The notes: generated by a model not told the origin, from the sequence alone. DNA of 62,839 bases, filler included, from Choristocarpus tenellus KU-1152 (GCA_964200185.2; 11 parts of 11 records of this genome joined end to end with filler, not necessarily neighbours in it); one strand, 5' to 3'; positions 39,557 to 52,599 are shown, numbered from the whole stretch's first letter. Program-made: numbers and translations.

Positions 39557-40048
39557 CAAGACGAGGGAGATGGTGGATCAACTGTGATGGGAGATGATTC
39601 ACCCATCACATTGTAATATGTGCTGATTCTCACAACACTCTGCCCATTTTTTTTGCTCAGTTTGGTTCACCTCAGGAGGTGGAGGGACTGTGCAACGTTA
39701 TTATTTATTGCAAAGATGTTTATTGGGCGGGGATTCAAGTGCAATAGAAATCAGCCAATGCCTTCCTGATTCAGTGCTCACAAAAGATGGGCAAGGGGCA
39801 CTCACTGGTACATGCACTAGGAAACTCTGGATGGACAGTGCGTTTGTGAATGGAGGGGGGGGGGAAATGTACCTGAATATATCGGACTTCTCTGTGAGGC
39901 TTCCAGTCCGTAGATAAGCTGGATCCATGTAGTTCAGAGTGCCTTTCACCTGCGTGGATGCACTTCCCTCCCCTGAATCTAAGATTCGAGCAATCCCAGC
40001 ATCTCCAAGTCGAGCGTTGAAGTGCCTATCCAGTAAGATGTTTCCCGG
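37177..40048 (-). CDS. RLK/Pelle(IRAK)-like Ser/Thr kinase with C-terminal RING finger, 5' partial
   Basis: In-frame exons 40048-39873 (PGNILLDRHFNARLGDAGIAR...[25 protein letters not shown]), 39448-39287 ([10 protein letters not shown]), 38908-38762 (CCIEAPQQRS...CRICLTKPPNTR), 37771-37648 (FIPCLHSLACKED...CPVCREPI), and a probable last exon 37260-37177(TGA). Confidence 0.9.
39521..39555 (+). repeat. (GT)n microsatellite, intronic
   Basis: Direct observation. Confidence 0.95.
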
Positions 40049-40259
40049 CTGTGCAGCATTTTTTTGTTCAATTTTTATGGGGCGTTTTTCAACAAAGAAT
40101 TTAAGAGACCCTTTCCCGCCGTGGAATCAAAGTGGGGCAAAAAATAACCCTTCCCCCNNNNNNNNNNNNNNNNNNNNNNNNNNNNNNNNNNNNNNNNNNN
40201 NTTAATTAATTAANNNNNNNNNNNNNNNNNNNNNNNNNNNNNNNNNNNNNNNNNNNNAT

Positions 40260-40790
40260 ATGTATATAGTTTTCATTGGTTTCCCCCTGACACATCTGCA
40301 AAATGTCAGAGGGCATAATAATAATAATATAAATGGGTACATAAATTATTTTGGCGGTATAAGACATAACGACTCAATCATAATCTCCAATGCTTTATAG
40401 CGTCGACAGAAATCTCTAAATTTATGTTTTTTCGATGGTCCAACCACCAACTTCTGTGCAATATATTCCTTGTCACAGGGCATAATAATAGTAAAAAATA
40501 TATTCCTTCCTTCATAAAGTTTCAATCTATATTTTAGTCACATAGCTATACCACAATATATCTGCAAAATATCAGAGATCATAATAATTTAATATATTCT
40601 ATATTGGTACGTGGTACCTCATGTTCTTCTTTAAAACCATCACCATAAAAAGTTGCAAATACTTCTAGTTCAATTGATCTAAGTCTCCCCTGACACATCT
40701 CCAAAATGTCAGAGGGCATGATAATAAAAGTCTATAGTTTTTCATTGGTTCCATCTGACACATCTGTAGAATATCAAGGGTTATAATAAT
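40260..40790 (+). repeat. Degenerate AT-rich local repeat (CATCTGCAAAATGTCAGAGGGCATAATAAT)
   Basis: Motif near 40293, 40559, 40696 and 40761. Confidence 0.65.
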
Positions 40791-42520
40791 ATATATACAC
40801 TGCAATTGATTGTAAGAATATTTTCTAATAAGAAGTATTGATTCGGGGAACAGTTTATTTTGGTCTTTACATTCTTTTTCATTGTCGGTTCTTTTGAAGT
40901 TCATTTCATTGTATTTTTTTATATATACATATAAGTTTGGTTCTGATGTTCAAGTGCTACCCTCACTTTTATATTGTTCATAAATGCTGTCTTTCTTCTG
41001 TTCGAACAATGGCTATAATGTACTATTATTACTTGTTCTACTTTGTACCATGTGAAACCTCCGATGGATATTGAATTGTACTAATGTTAATCAGTTACCA
41101 AAAAAGGACGATGTCGTGTATCACTTTCAAGAAGAAATAACCCCCTTTTTGAAGTTTAGAGATTTGATACCACTGTAGTGTTTGACTATCAACCCTGCCA
41201 CTGTCATTGTCACAGTGATGGTACTTGCAAAAGATCGCCGGAAACGAGGAAGGGTACTTCGTCCTTTTCAGGATTACCTTAGACGAGATGATCACACTCC
41301 TTCTATGCAGGTCACCTCCCAACTTCGTGAACCACAAACATGTGAATATTGAACCAACCCGCTTCCTTCGGGAAGGCCACGTAACAAATACGCTTTATGT
41401 ACTTCGAGTCACTTCTCCCCTCTGTCGTTCTTAATCGCTCAACCCATGCAACACGCTATGCACCATCGCAATTGCATTCAACTGTTCCCATGTCCACCTC
41501 TTTTCCTTCCTATGTTGAGAACATCAGGCGGTGGAAAGACTTCAGGATTTGAATTTGCTTAATGGAACTCCCAAACGCCTGGGCGATAATGCCCTTTGCG
41601 TCCTGATATCTGAGGTTTGTTCTGGACTTTTCTGCGATTGAAGTATGAGTGATCATGAAGGGACAGGTCGGTTGGTGTGAGAAGTTCCTTGTTGCTGGTC
41701 AAAAACAGCAAGGGAAGCAGGGAATTAATGAAGTATCGTCAGAGACAAGGCCTCACCCACTTCCTTTGGTTTGTTGTTTTCTTTGCTAGATCGTGTACCT
41801 AACTCCCAAAAGTCGTGCCTCAAAGCAGGAATTGTGATGCACTTGAAAGCGAGCAGGAAAGAGGAAAGGAGTGAGAATGACCATGACAGATAACTCACTG
41901 ATATTCAACTGCATTTCTTCGAACCTTGTCTCCCATTCTTCAGCAACACTGCTCTCTGACACAACGAACTGGAAATAGAGGCAAGCGAAAAGGGCAGGAG
42001 ACCCCATGTAGCGAACGGGTTGGTCTGGAGTTAGGCGGTAAGCAGTTCCCACGCGCTTTGTGTCCTTGGCGTCTTAGCTCTGTCCTGTTCCCTGATCTCT
42101 CAGCTCAGGGCATAGCACCCTTCACATGACTAAACTGCGAAGTGCTTCAACTAGTAATATGAAGGAGTACGAAGTAAGATGTTGATATCTCTTCGCAACT
42201 CTGCTCCTGAGCTCTTTAAGTCCCTGTTCAAACGCCCCACTCCACATTATATTCCTCGCACCACATCATTAATGGCTCGTGCGCTGTGGATTCGTGTTTT
42301 TTACTGGTTTATCCGTAGCCTGCGCATCGCTTCGGAAATATATATATCTTTCCGAACGCTCCCTTGGTGATAAGTGATAGATAGGGCGTAGCAGGCTGTA
42401 AAAAGGGATATTGGGCTAAGAACAAAAAATGAAAAGTTTTGAACCACACCACCAGTTTTTACTTACCCTCGTCTCAATTTTGCGACCGTGTTGGTTTATA
42501 TAATATCTTGTCGTTTCCAG

Positions 42521-45500
42521 GTAAAGCCACAAACAAGACAATAAATGAGTGCTTGAATGTTCAAGCAACTGAACTGATGAAAAAGATATCTATGTTGGAA
42601 ATTGAAATGGCTGCCAATATGCTGGAGGTCTTTCGGAGCAGGATGGTAGCAATGGACCATAAAGATCAGGATACAACCAAGGAAAAGGATGGGTCCACAA
42701 CTGCTGACCGCAGCCTTGAATCTTTCAATAGAATGGCGGGGAAGAGTGAAAGGGCAAACAAGAGGGGGTAAGTGACAAAGGCGAGCCATCCTCTGTGGTC
42801 AAGGTTGTTGTACAGTTGAAGCAAGAGAGATTGGAATGCCAATGTACATGATAAATACTTGCACAATCAAGGCTCTGTAACTGGTGTTTTTTGCTTTCTC
42901 TACAGATATCATTCCAGTCTCAAGCGCCATTTGTGAACTGACTAGTATAAAAGATACACAAGTTGGTTAGTGGTATATGTGAAGATCTGTAGTGTACAGT
43001 GATATGCTTGTATTTCTCACCAGAAGTGTTATTTTGATGTTACTCTTCACTCAGGTACAATAACGCAATAACTGAGATCCTCGAGGCATGGTTTGTTGAG
43101 CACATGGACGACCCCTACCCAACTGATGAGCAGAAGACGAGCCTTGCCAAGACTGTTGGGCTCACCTACCAGCAAATGTGAGCCTCATGTTGATAATCTT
43201 TTGAATCAACATGGCTTTTGGAGAGTGATGATTGAATTGTTGACTTTCAATACTGTGAAGTTGTTTTACCTACTCATGTCTTTGATCAGAGAACAAATCA
43301 CATTATGCTCTTCCTCCTCAAACACCATACAAGATGTTTATGCAACACTGTAACTGGTCAGATATCTGCTGTGCAGAATATTTTCGTAGTTCTTACTGGA
43401 TGTGAAAATAATCAAGATGCAAATTGTGGATCTGTCACATCCATAACCTTCCTGCCCCTCTGTTCCTCCTCTGATACCAACATCAAGTTCAACATGGTTC
43501 AACAACAACAGAAGGAGGAACTGGCTGGTTAAGAGAGAGAAGAAACCCAAGTAAGTGCAGAAAAATGCCAGGTATCACAAGTATTGAGCATAAATTTAAT
43601 GCCTTCATATAGTGAATTCAATTTATATTTAGAGGAAAATACAGACCGTAAGAGTCCCACTCTAATTCCTCATTTCAAACAGCATTTGAAACACAGCCCT
43701 GATTATGAGCAGGCCTGACCAATTAGTTTCCAATCCCTGAAAACTCTGGGTACCACCCTTGACTACATATCAACCCTTACGTTGAAAACATGCCACCGAG
43801 TGAAAGTATCTTAGAGGGTACGAGTTTTGTCCTGTTTGTCCATTTGGGGCTTGGCTTCTATGGAATTTATTATGACATTTTCCTACTCCAAAGTGTTTCA
43901 GAGTAGGTAAAATGTGTATGTTATGCAAAGGTGTGTCCAGAACAAGGATATCGACATTTCCTAACAAACACGATAGCCAAAATACATCAAAATCGCAAGA
44001 TTGAATTTTGGCCCCAAATGGACGCGGCCCTACCCTCTAAGATACTTTGGCTCCACCCCTTGGTGTTAAAAACTGCGATGATTTAATCGCCCTAGAGTGA
44101 TCTCATCGACCAGCAATATCACATCTGTTTGAAGTTTGTTTATTATCTTCACCTATTTTCTGTACTCTGTTCATCAAAAGCATTGCAAAGAGCTCCCCAC
44201 CACCCACTACGCATCTTCAAACCCGTGAATGAATCTGCCTCGTGGTTGTGGAGGCTTTGGTTCTAGGAAGCCTGGTGGTTCATACAGCAGGTACGCTCTA
44301 CTGCATGTAGATGATTATGACAAGGAGCACCAAGTGGAGGATGTAGAGTAAGGGATATGGTATGGCGTGAGCAATTGAGCCAAGGCATGCAGCACATAGC
44401 CAATACAGAGCACACACTGCCTGTGCGGAGAGATTACAGTTCCCACCTCTGAAGAAATCAAAGTATTCGACCAGAGCTCCACTTGACCGCTGTGGTGGAA
44501 ATATAGCCACTGCTGGTGGAGGAGGGGTGCAAGTCAAGAATACAAAGTGCATAAAACAGTCAGCATGAGGAAAAATTGAGCCCTTCAAGATTACAACATT
44601 GCCTAGTTAGTAGTTCCGACAGAGGAGGACTTTCTTTATCTTTTCTATACTTAGCTGAACTTGACTTCTGTGTTTTGGGCTATCCTGCTTTGTAAGCAGT
44701 CTCAGAGTGCATGTCCTCTTCATGTAGGAATATTACTACAGAAAGAAATAGACTGGACCCGGACAATGCATAGCTTCTCGTCTTCCTGCATAGCATCTGT
44801 TTTGAGATCGATTTATGGGAGGATGCCAAGAAGGCAGATGACACCCGAGGAATCCAGTCACAACAGTAGGGCACTCATGATGCTAGGAAGTGGTTGAAGA
44901 TACACCCATATCATTTTTTCCTTGTTTATCAAGTCGTTTCAATTTTTGTCACAAATGCTGTACCATGTTGGAGTATTGAACATTTTAATTCTTCTCTTTT
45001 GCTGTGACTTTGGACAAAACAGAATCTGTCCTTGTTTTTTTTTCTTTGTACTCTCTTGCGTTTACCTCCTCTCCTCTAGCGATATCTCAAGAACTTCAGT
45101 GGGTTTGCTTTCTAATCATACGCCTTGTCCTGTAGTTGGAGAAGGTACGACCAACACCATCTCCAGTACCTCAAGCAAACCGCGGCCTCCTTACTTTGCA
45201 CCCACATGCACCTCTTCTAACACTGCCTCTTTTCCCTTCGCCCCTACCCCGAACAGGATACCTCGAAACTTTTTGGAACACTACTGTGTGACAGTAGCGC
45301 AGAAATATTCAAAAGATAATATTGGCAGACAGGATGTTGTAGGTGACCCAGGAGGGTCAACATACTCTGTAGACTCCACAAACTGGGGCACCAGTGGTGA
45401 CTTTAGTAGCATCGACAACAGGACACCTCACGATCCGCACCATGACAGAGCGGTGGGTGGTTTTCAGTGCATGAGAACATCGAGGAATGAGGCTCCTAAC

Positions 45501-47370
45501 CTCAGACCTAAGTCAGACTTGGAAAATCTGCTCATGGACCTGCCTCCAGTCAAGGCAAGAGTTCCTCTCTTGGAGGAGGATGCCCAAATGTGAGTACATG
45601 CACAACTGCTCTTTATTTTTTTGTTTGGCTGTTAACACTGTGTAACCGTCCCCTTCTTCTGAGTTGGCTCTTGAGTTGACCTTTGAAGTCATGACTACGG
45701 TAAACATTGTGGTCCCAGATTTCCACCGAGTATGTTTATTTACAAGTGGCTAGGGGTGTAGTGTAACCCCTACTTCTTTTTCTTTCAGCCGTTGAGAGTG
45801 TGGAATGGGTGGGGGGTTCAAATTGCGGAATGTTGTTGCATCGCTACGTGCCTGCAGCGATGATGTGCAGAAAATAAGCGCATGTGGTACCCATTCACAT
45901 GCTAGTTAGCTGGTCTGCCTCAACCTTGCTACTCCTATGAGTCTTTGGATGGATCATTGTGGTTTTGACTGCACGCAAGACCTTCTGTCCATTTGCTGCT
46001 GCCTGTGTAAGTGTCTTGTGCTTAACACCAACCTGAGTAGCCATGTCATTGTATTGAAAGGTATTGTATTGGGTAAGAATAGGAAGATTCCGTATCTTAC
46101 CAACTTCATACTCTTGATAATGGTAATGCTTGTTTAACTTCCCCCCTAGTCAGTACCATGTTTTCCAGAGTAAAGGGGACAGAGAGAATAGTGTGGTAAC
46201 AGTACAGATCATTACAAGTGCATGATTATAGTGTGGGAATATATATTTATATTTCAATAGCATAGTGGTAAATTGCCACTGCAGGGGGGAAAATATTACA
46301 GTAACAGCGCTCTTGTACCCTGGGCTACAATTTGTAGTAAATAGTTGACAGAGGTTTATTTCTCTAATCAAGAATTGTGGTCTTTCTGAGAATGTGCACC
46401 CACAATCTTTATAGGAGAAAAATCCTGCCAAAGGTTTATGAGGTGAGAACAGTTGATGGTTTTTGCCAACAAAATGCTAAATTGTTCCATCTCATAAGTC
46501 AGTGTGAGAGACACGTATCTCTGCCTAAACACTGTGCGAGTGGGACTCAGTGTTGGCAGGTGTTATCCACCAGTACAGTTACACACCCTATTAAGAGGGT
46601 AACAACCGTATGCAATTCACACTCTTAAAATAGCATTACACTTGTCAACCAATCCATAGTTTAAAATGTGAAAAGTCCTCTCAACTTGCTTCTGTAACAA
46701 GATCATCTCACACACTTTTTCCCTCTGTCCTCTCTTTATTTGCCTCTTCTCTTTTAGTAATATTGGCTTGGCCACGCTAGGAAACTCTGGCGCCTTGTCT
46801 GAAGTTGGCAACACTCAACAGACTCCCTTTTCCTCCCTCCGAGCAGCTGCGGAGGCTCTTGGTGAAGGATGTAGAGTTGTTGGCATCATCCCCACTGCCC
46901 TACCCCATGACCAAGTGACTCAAACTTATCCTGATAGATTGACAGAACCACTGGTATATCGAAACGCCTTCAAATCACCAAATGGTCATCACCGACAGAA
47001 TGGACCTTCACGACCAGTTGGTCTAGCTCAGGAAGATTCAACTGCAGGCGGGAGCATGCTAGAGATTGACTTTGCCAGCTGGGAGGGTATGCAAAAAAAA
47101 AACTTTGACTTTGTTCCTCCACAAAAAAAGGCTAAATATGGCGTGGTAGATGCACCAGTTATGCCTCCAGGGTTTGTAAGGAGTGAAGGAGGTCATCAGA
47201 AGAGGGAGGAGGCGGATGTTCCAACGGGTGAAGGAGAGAGGAACATAAGTTATGGCCACTTTCAACACAGTCTGCACAAGACCAACCTTCTACGTTGGGA
47301 TGATGCTGTGGCAAAGATAGCAGAGAGCACTCCCCTCCCCCCCACTCTCCTCCGCCCACTTCAAGGCTGA
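42521..47370 (+). CDS. TALE-class homeodomain transcription factor (5' end and central exons uncertain)
   Basis: Exons 42521-42767, 43055-43177 and 43488-43550 splice to KRG|YNNAITEILEAWFVEHMDDPYPTDEQKTSLAKTVGLTYQQ|ISTWFNNNRRRNW, giving the PYP TALE loop and WF-N helix 3. Likely downstream exons ~45100-45589 and ~46758-47370(TGA). Confidence 0.9.
43798..44053 (+). mobile_element. Family A MITE, 256 bp, Sola2-like ends; in a TALE gene intron
   Basis: TIRs GAGTGAAAGTATCTTAGAGGGTA / TACCCTCTAAGATACTTTGGCTC; 4-bp TSD CACC on both sides. Confidence 0.92.
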
Positions 47371-47815
47371 AAGAATCTGTCTGATATTTCATTTGCCAAT
47401 AATTAGTATAGTTTCGCTAGGCTAGGTATATGGTTAGATAGCTTTTGAAATTAACAGGAAGTTGCAGAAGGCGAAAGGTTGGACAAGCAGGGAATGCAGC
47501 ATGCAGATGTGTGTTGTCCTGAATGTGAGTCAAATTTGTTGCGCAAATACAATATATACATACAATCTTGATGTATGAAGGTTTGACTTTTTGTGTGTTC
47601 AATCACTAGATGTTTTTTGTTCTAACAAAGTTGGTGGTCATCTGTTACGACTTTACGTCAGATGTAATATCTAGTTGTAGATATGAGTATAGGTAGAGAG
47701 AAAGTGGTGGAGTCTGAAAACAAACCTTGTTTTTGAAAAGTACTGTATGCAGTTCAATTTTTTTCACCTCCACACACATTAAAGTTGCCACAACAATAGT
47801 ACTAATGGTACCGGA

Positions 47816-47994
47816 GGACCAAAATATCTGGGGGGGGTGTCGGTGTCCGTTTTTCACCCTTTGTTCGATTTTCACTTTTTTGGTGTGATTTGGTCGCACA
47901 TGTCGGATTTGAAATGTAAGCAAGAAAAAGATTTGTTTCACCGAAACGGTCGCCCCCTCACAACCCCCCTCCCCCCCCCGAGATACTCCAACCC
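47816..47994. mobile_element. ~179-bp MITE, family C (related TIR)
   Basis: GGACCAAAATATCTGGGGGGG...CCCCCCCGAGATACTCCAACCC; flanks CGGA/TGGA form a near 4-bp TSD. Confidence 0.6.
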
Positions 47995-49824
47995 TGGAAG
48001 TAGCACTCCCAGCAACGTAGTCTGGGCGAAACTTACTAAGTTTATCAGAGAACCAACATTTTTTCATGCCACCTACACAGGCGATTCCAAGGTCAATACT
48101 GAAATGCTGCACCCACTACTTTGTCAAGTAGGTTCCTAGTATTTTAGAGGGGTGTCAGGTGTCCTGCCCATTGGTGGCCTGTGTTACCCTGTAGTGATTT
48201 CAATGTCATTTGAGATAATGTATCAGATGTAATGCAAATTTCCATCTATCTGAACACACCGTCCTATTCGATCTCCATCCCTGAACCAAATTCAAAGAAA
48301 ATCCCCACAGAAAAGGCACAAAATTGGGTATATTACAACACATCAACCCCTGAACAATGGACAACCTGTACTAAATTATGTAGCACCCCCTCTTGGATGA
48401 TATTGCCCAGCGGTGATTGGTGTTACACATAGCACCCGAATCTTGCGTAAGTGCAATAGTGAGTGGTACAGGTAGATCGGACATTGTTCATCCTGCCAGG
48501 TGAGTGCATCAGTGGTGTGGATGAAGGAGAAAAATGTGTAAAAATGGTTACTAGGTTAAAGTATTATAGTGGTACTGTTACAGGCAAGTAGCGCGAGTAT
48601 TTCTTCCCGCGCTTTGACTGGCGCGAGCAGTATACACGCGTGGGGAACCCNNNNNNNNNNNNNNNNNNNNNNNNNNNNNNNNNNNNNNNNNNNNTTAATT
48701 AATTAANNNNNNNNNNNNNNNNNNNNNNNNNNNNNNNNNNNNNNNNNNNNCCCTCCCAGATACTTTGGGTCAGAAAGAGACGTTTAAGGAGCTGCATTTA
48801 GTCATGTTTGATTCAGCCCTGTGCTTGGTATAGTTCAGACCAGGGGAAACCTCCTACTCCGAGTAGATACTACTGCAAGTAGATGTGATTAAGAGGTACA
48901 TATTGACCATGTCATAAAGTTAGTACGGGACAACCCTATTTCTCATTCTTTATCTTTTTCTGTGAGTCAGACAGTCATGTACCATTTCTTCCACATTACC
49001 ATCCAACTCAATGTGCTGACATATAGTGCACCACAGTGCAAAGGCACCAAAATGTGATACCTCCCTGATTCCTGCCTTGAAAAAGAATATGGTTTGTTCT
49101 ACTCCTACGTTTAGGGCACACCACATCACAACAGTTATTGGTCTCACAGGAAAGGCTATCAAGTATTGCTATATCTGAGCGTGCTGTTCGACACAGAAGT
49201 CACCATGTAACTCAGCTTGATCAGTAGCATACAACCTTGATATAGACTTACATGGTACAAGAAGAGGCATACATACATACATATATATATATAATATATA
49301 TATATATATATGTATATATTGGGCTGCACATTATCCCGTAAGATACATACTTCAACAGCATGACATCCCAGACCACTGGGCAAATTATTGGGTGCAAACA
49401 TTGGACTAAGTTGGAATAGTGGAGGCTTTTGTCGTTTGAGAAATGCATCAAGGCCAGGAATTTTATAGATTAATCCACATGGATGGGCCACAAATGAGTA
49501 GGGAGGCATCTAGGGTGGAAGCCAAAAAAATCAAGGAAGTGACATAAACAGAAACAGGCTCGAATAACAGTAAAACGCTTTGGAAGCATATAGTACAAAC
49601 CTAAGCTTGCCTCGGAAAACAGTCGAGTCAAAGTCGGCGATCGAACAAAACAGATAGAAGACCATGAGTTATAATTAGTTCTTTTTAAAGGTGGTGACCG
49701 TGGTGGGAAAAGTGGAAAAACGGCCAAAAAAGAGTAGAACAAATGCTCAGGGTGGTCAACAGACTGCACAAAAGGAAATATTCGGTCGACGAGACAAAAA
49801 CTGCTGAAACGGTAGGAGGAGAAA

Positions 49825-50083
49825 GAGTGAAAGTATCTTAGAGGGTACAAGTTTTGCCCTCTTTGTCCATTTTGGGCTTGGCTTCCCTCACGGTTTTTAT
49901 GGCATTTTCCTACTCCAAAATATTTCGGAGTAGGTAAAATGTAGATATTATGAAAAGGTGTGTTTGGAACAAGGATGTTGACACTTCCTAACAAACACGA
50001 TAGCTAAAATACATTAAAATCGCAACACTGTATCTTGACACCCAAATGGACGTGGCTCTACCCTCTATAAGATACATTGGCTC
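49825..50083 (+). mobile_element. Family A MITE, full length
   Basis: Colinear with the 43798 copy; GAG..CTC ends; A-rich 4-bp flanks on both sides. Confidence 0.9.
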
Positions 50084-52332
50084 AAAACGAGAAAGGTCGT
50101 GAAATGGTGGAGGTGGATTTCATGTGCAACGACAAGGTGGAGTACTCTGTAAGCAGTACAATACGCCATGGTTTGCCATCCATAACTGTGCTTGGAATAC
50201 ATATTCTTACTCAACTGTTATCCACTCAGTCGCATTTTGGTTTAGAATTTGTGCACTCTATGTGTATGTGGATCACGACGTGGTGAGGTGTTGCATGTAT
50301 ACAAACTACCTATTCTGCCCTCTGGTGTGTCAGCCTCTAACCCTCTTTTTGACATCCTCCATCCTAGTCCCTTACATTAAAAATGCTTGCGAGTGCTTGC
50401 AGGGTAAGATGATTGCCGTCTGTGGAGATACAGCTCATCCTCTTCACGAAGTCAGGGACGGTACTTGACGTTCCACCAACCTAAACATTAAGGAGTGATG
50501 AGGTGAGAGAGAAAGAGTGAGCGAGTAGCACTTCTTTAATTGTGGGGTGTAGACATGTAGAAGAGACAGGGTGTGTGCGCTTTGTATGGACAGATTTTAG
50601 GGGTGTGGGATGGACATGTGGAATATATTGTATCTGTGAAGAGTGAGAAGAATGCAGAGGTGTGAGAGGGGAACAGACATGAAGAATTAGTTAGTCAGGA
50701 ATTGGAAGCGCTTTCAAGTTTGAATATTGCAAGCATGATGGGGCAGGGATGTGGAAGGATTTCTTGCTGACAAGCGAAGGGGGGAGATTATCAATGTGAA
50801 TGACCGAGTGAGACGGCACAATTGGTGAGTAAGGTCTGGTAATTCCTGAAATGCTAGGATGGGTGGTGATTGCATATTTATGTCTGCACATGATCATGTC
50901 ATTCAATGGGGATAATTGTATATACTTTGGCCAATGACTAGGTTGGTTGACGATGCGATCATCCCTCGCTTCATTCTTTTTTGTACCTCTGCAGCTCATA
51001 TTGTTGGAGGTGGAAGGGTACTCCTCTGTAAAAGATGCTATTTGAACTAGTGTGACAAGGTTCAAATCACATTATTATATTTTATATATTTTTTAACGCA
51101 AGTGCGAGGTATATATACAATAGGAACAACGGGAAGAGGATAATAAACACTTAACATACCTGCAAGAATGAGGCGGTACAATTGGTTGGATCATGGTGAC
51201 TGGTAAGAACTATGTGTGTAATATTTTTGCACTGAACGTTAGTGGAGGAGGGTATTCATTCCTTCAACCTTGCTAGGAGGCACAGCTTGTCCTTTTGGGT
51301 GTGGAATACGTTCTGTGAGGTAGTGAAGACTGAAGAGGTAGCAACACACCAATTGGTAAGGAAGAGCCTGTGCTTAGGGCTGGGGGGTGTATGAATTGTC
51401 TTTGTTTGTGCATTCAGTGCAGACTAGGGAGGGATATAGGTATTTCAAGTTACTGGGAGTATATCAGATGTGCATAATTCTATATCCACTTTACAGAAGA
51501 TTTAATCGACGAAGCATTTTTTTTTATCACGATTTCAAATGGTGGTAACTGGTGGTAACCATAGTGTACAGGGATTATTTTATTTTACATTATATTTGTC
51601 TATAGTAGTGTTGAAAACTCAAATTCAGACACACACGACTGCCATCCTTAAACAGATATCGTCCAACGTTTCTGGGATCCCAGATAGATTGATACCCAAG
51701 TATCCCCCCACCCTGCCACCCCTTCCTTCCTCCCAGGCCTTGACAATCGTGATTTTATCTTTGTAGAAGACACCTGTCACCCATCGGCTACCTTGCATTC
51801 TACCTGTCCGCCCCCCTTGAAGGTCACATGAAAAGTATAGATCGATAGGGGACAGTGAGGTGCTTCAAGTAGCGATGGGATACCTAACTTCTTTTGGGCT
51901 CTGGTTCGAGCGTTGCAGTGTCCGAGGAAAGCTTGGAAGGCCTCGCCATTATTTTGGATATGAGAAACTTCAAGTTTCCTGTGCAAGGAGTAACAAGGTT
52001 GACAAAGGTACCGTAGTATCGTGATTTAAAAAACGCTATCAACTGAGTAGTTTTAGGGAACCATAGAGGGGTAACTCTATGAAGATACAAGACAGAGTGG
52101 CAATACGTTGTCTATGTTGGCAGGTTAGAATCTCCCTGGATAATATTGCATACCATATGTTATGCTCACCAATTTCGTTTTTCTAACATCTGTGGATACA
52201 TACTCTGACATCGTTCACCGGTTATTATCCTTCCCAAGTGGGTAAAAACTTGTGTTGGTTTTGAGATACTTAACATTTTCGACCTTTGAAGAGCATCCTC
52301 TAGCCCAGCCATTGTCAGCAACCTCAGCACAA

Positions 52333-52591
52333 GAGGCAAAGTATCTTAGAGAGTAGAGTCGCTTCCAGTTGGTGGCCAAACTTCAATGTTGCGATTTTGA
52401 TGTAATTTTGGCTACTATGTTTGTTTTGAAGTGTCAATATCCATGTGCCGGACATACCTTTTCATAACATATACACTGTACCTATTCCTAAACATTTTGG
52501 AGTAGGAAAATGTCATAAAAGAACCCTTGGGAAGCCAAGTCCCAAATGGATAAACAAGGCAACACTCGTAACCCCTGAGATACTTTCACTC
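52333..52591 (-). mobile_element. Family A MITE, full length, inverted
   Basis: GAGGCAAAGTATCTTAGAG...GAGATACTTTCACTC; 4-bp TSD ACAA on both sides. Confidence 0.92.
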
Positions 52592-52599
52592 ACAAGTAG

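Noticed and set aside
49470-49994. Apparent gene family with YPLRYFHS / FGVGKCHK (also 43770-43967 and 52445-52651)
   Set aside because: These are chance translations of the family A MITE.
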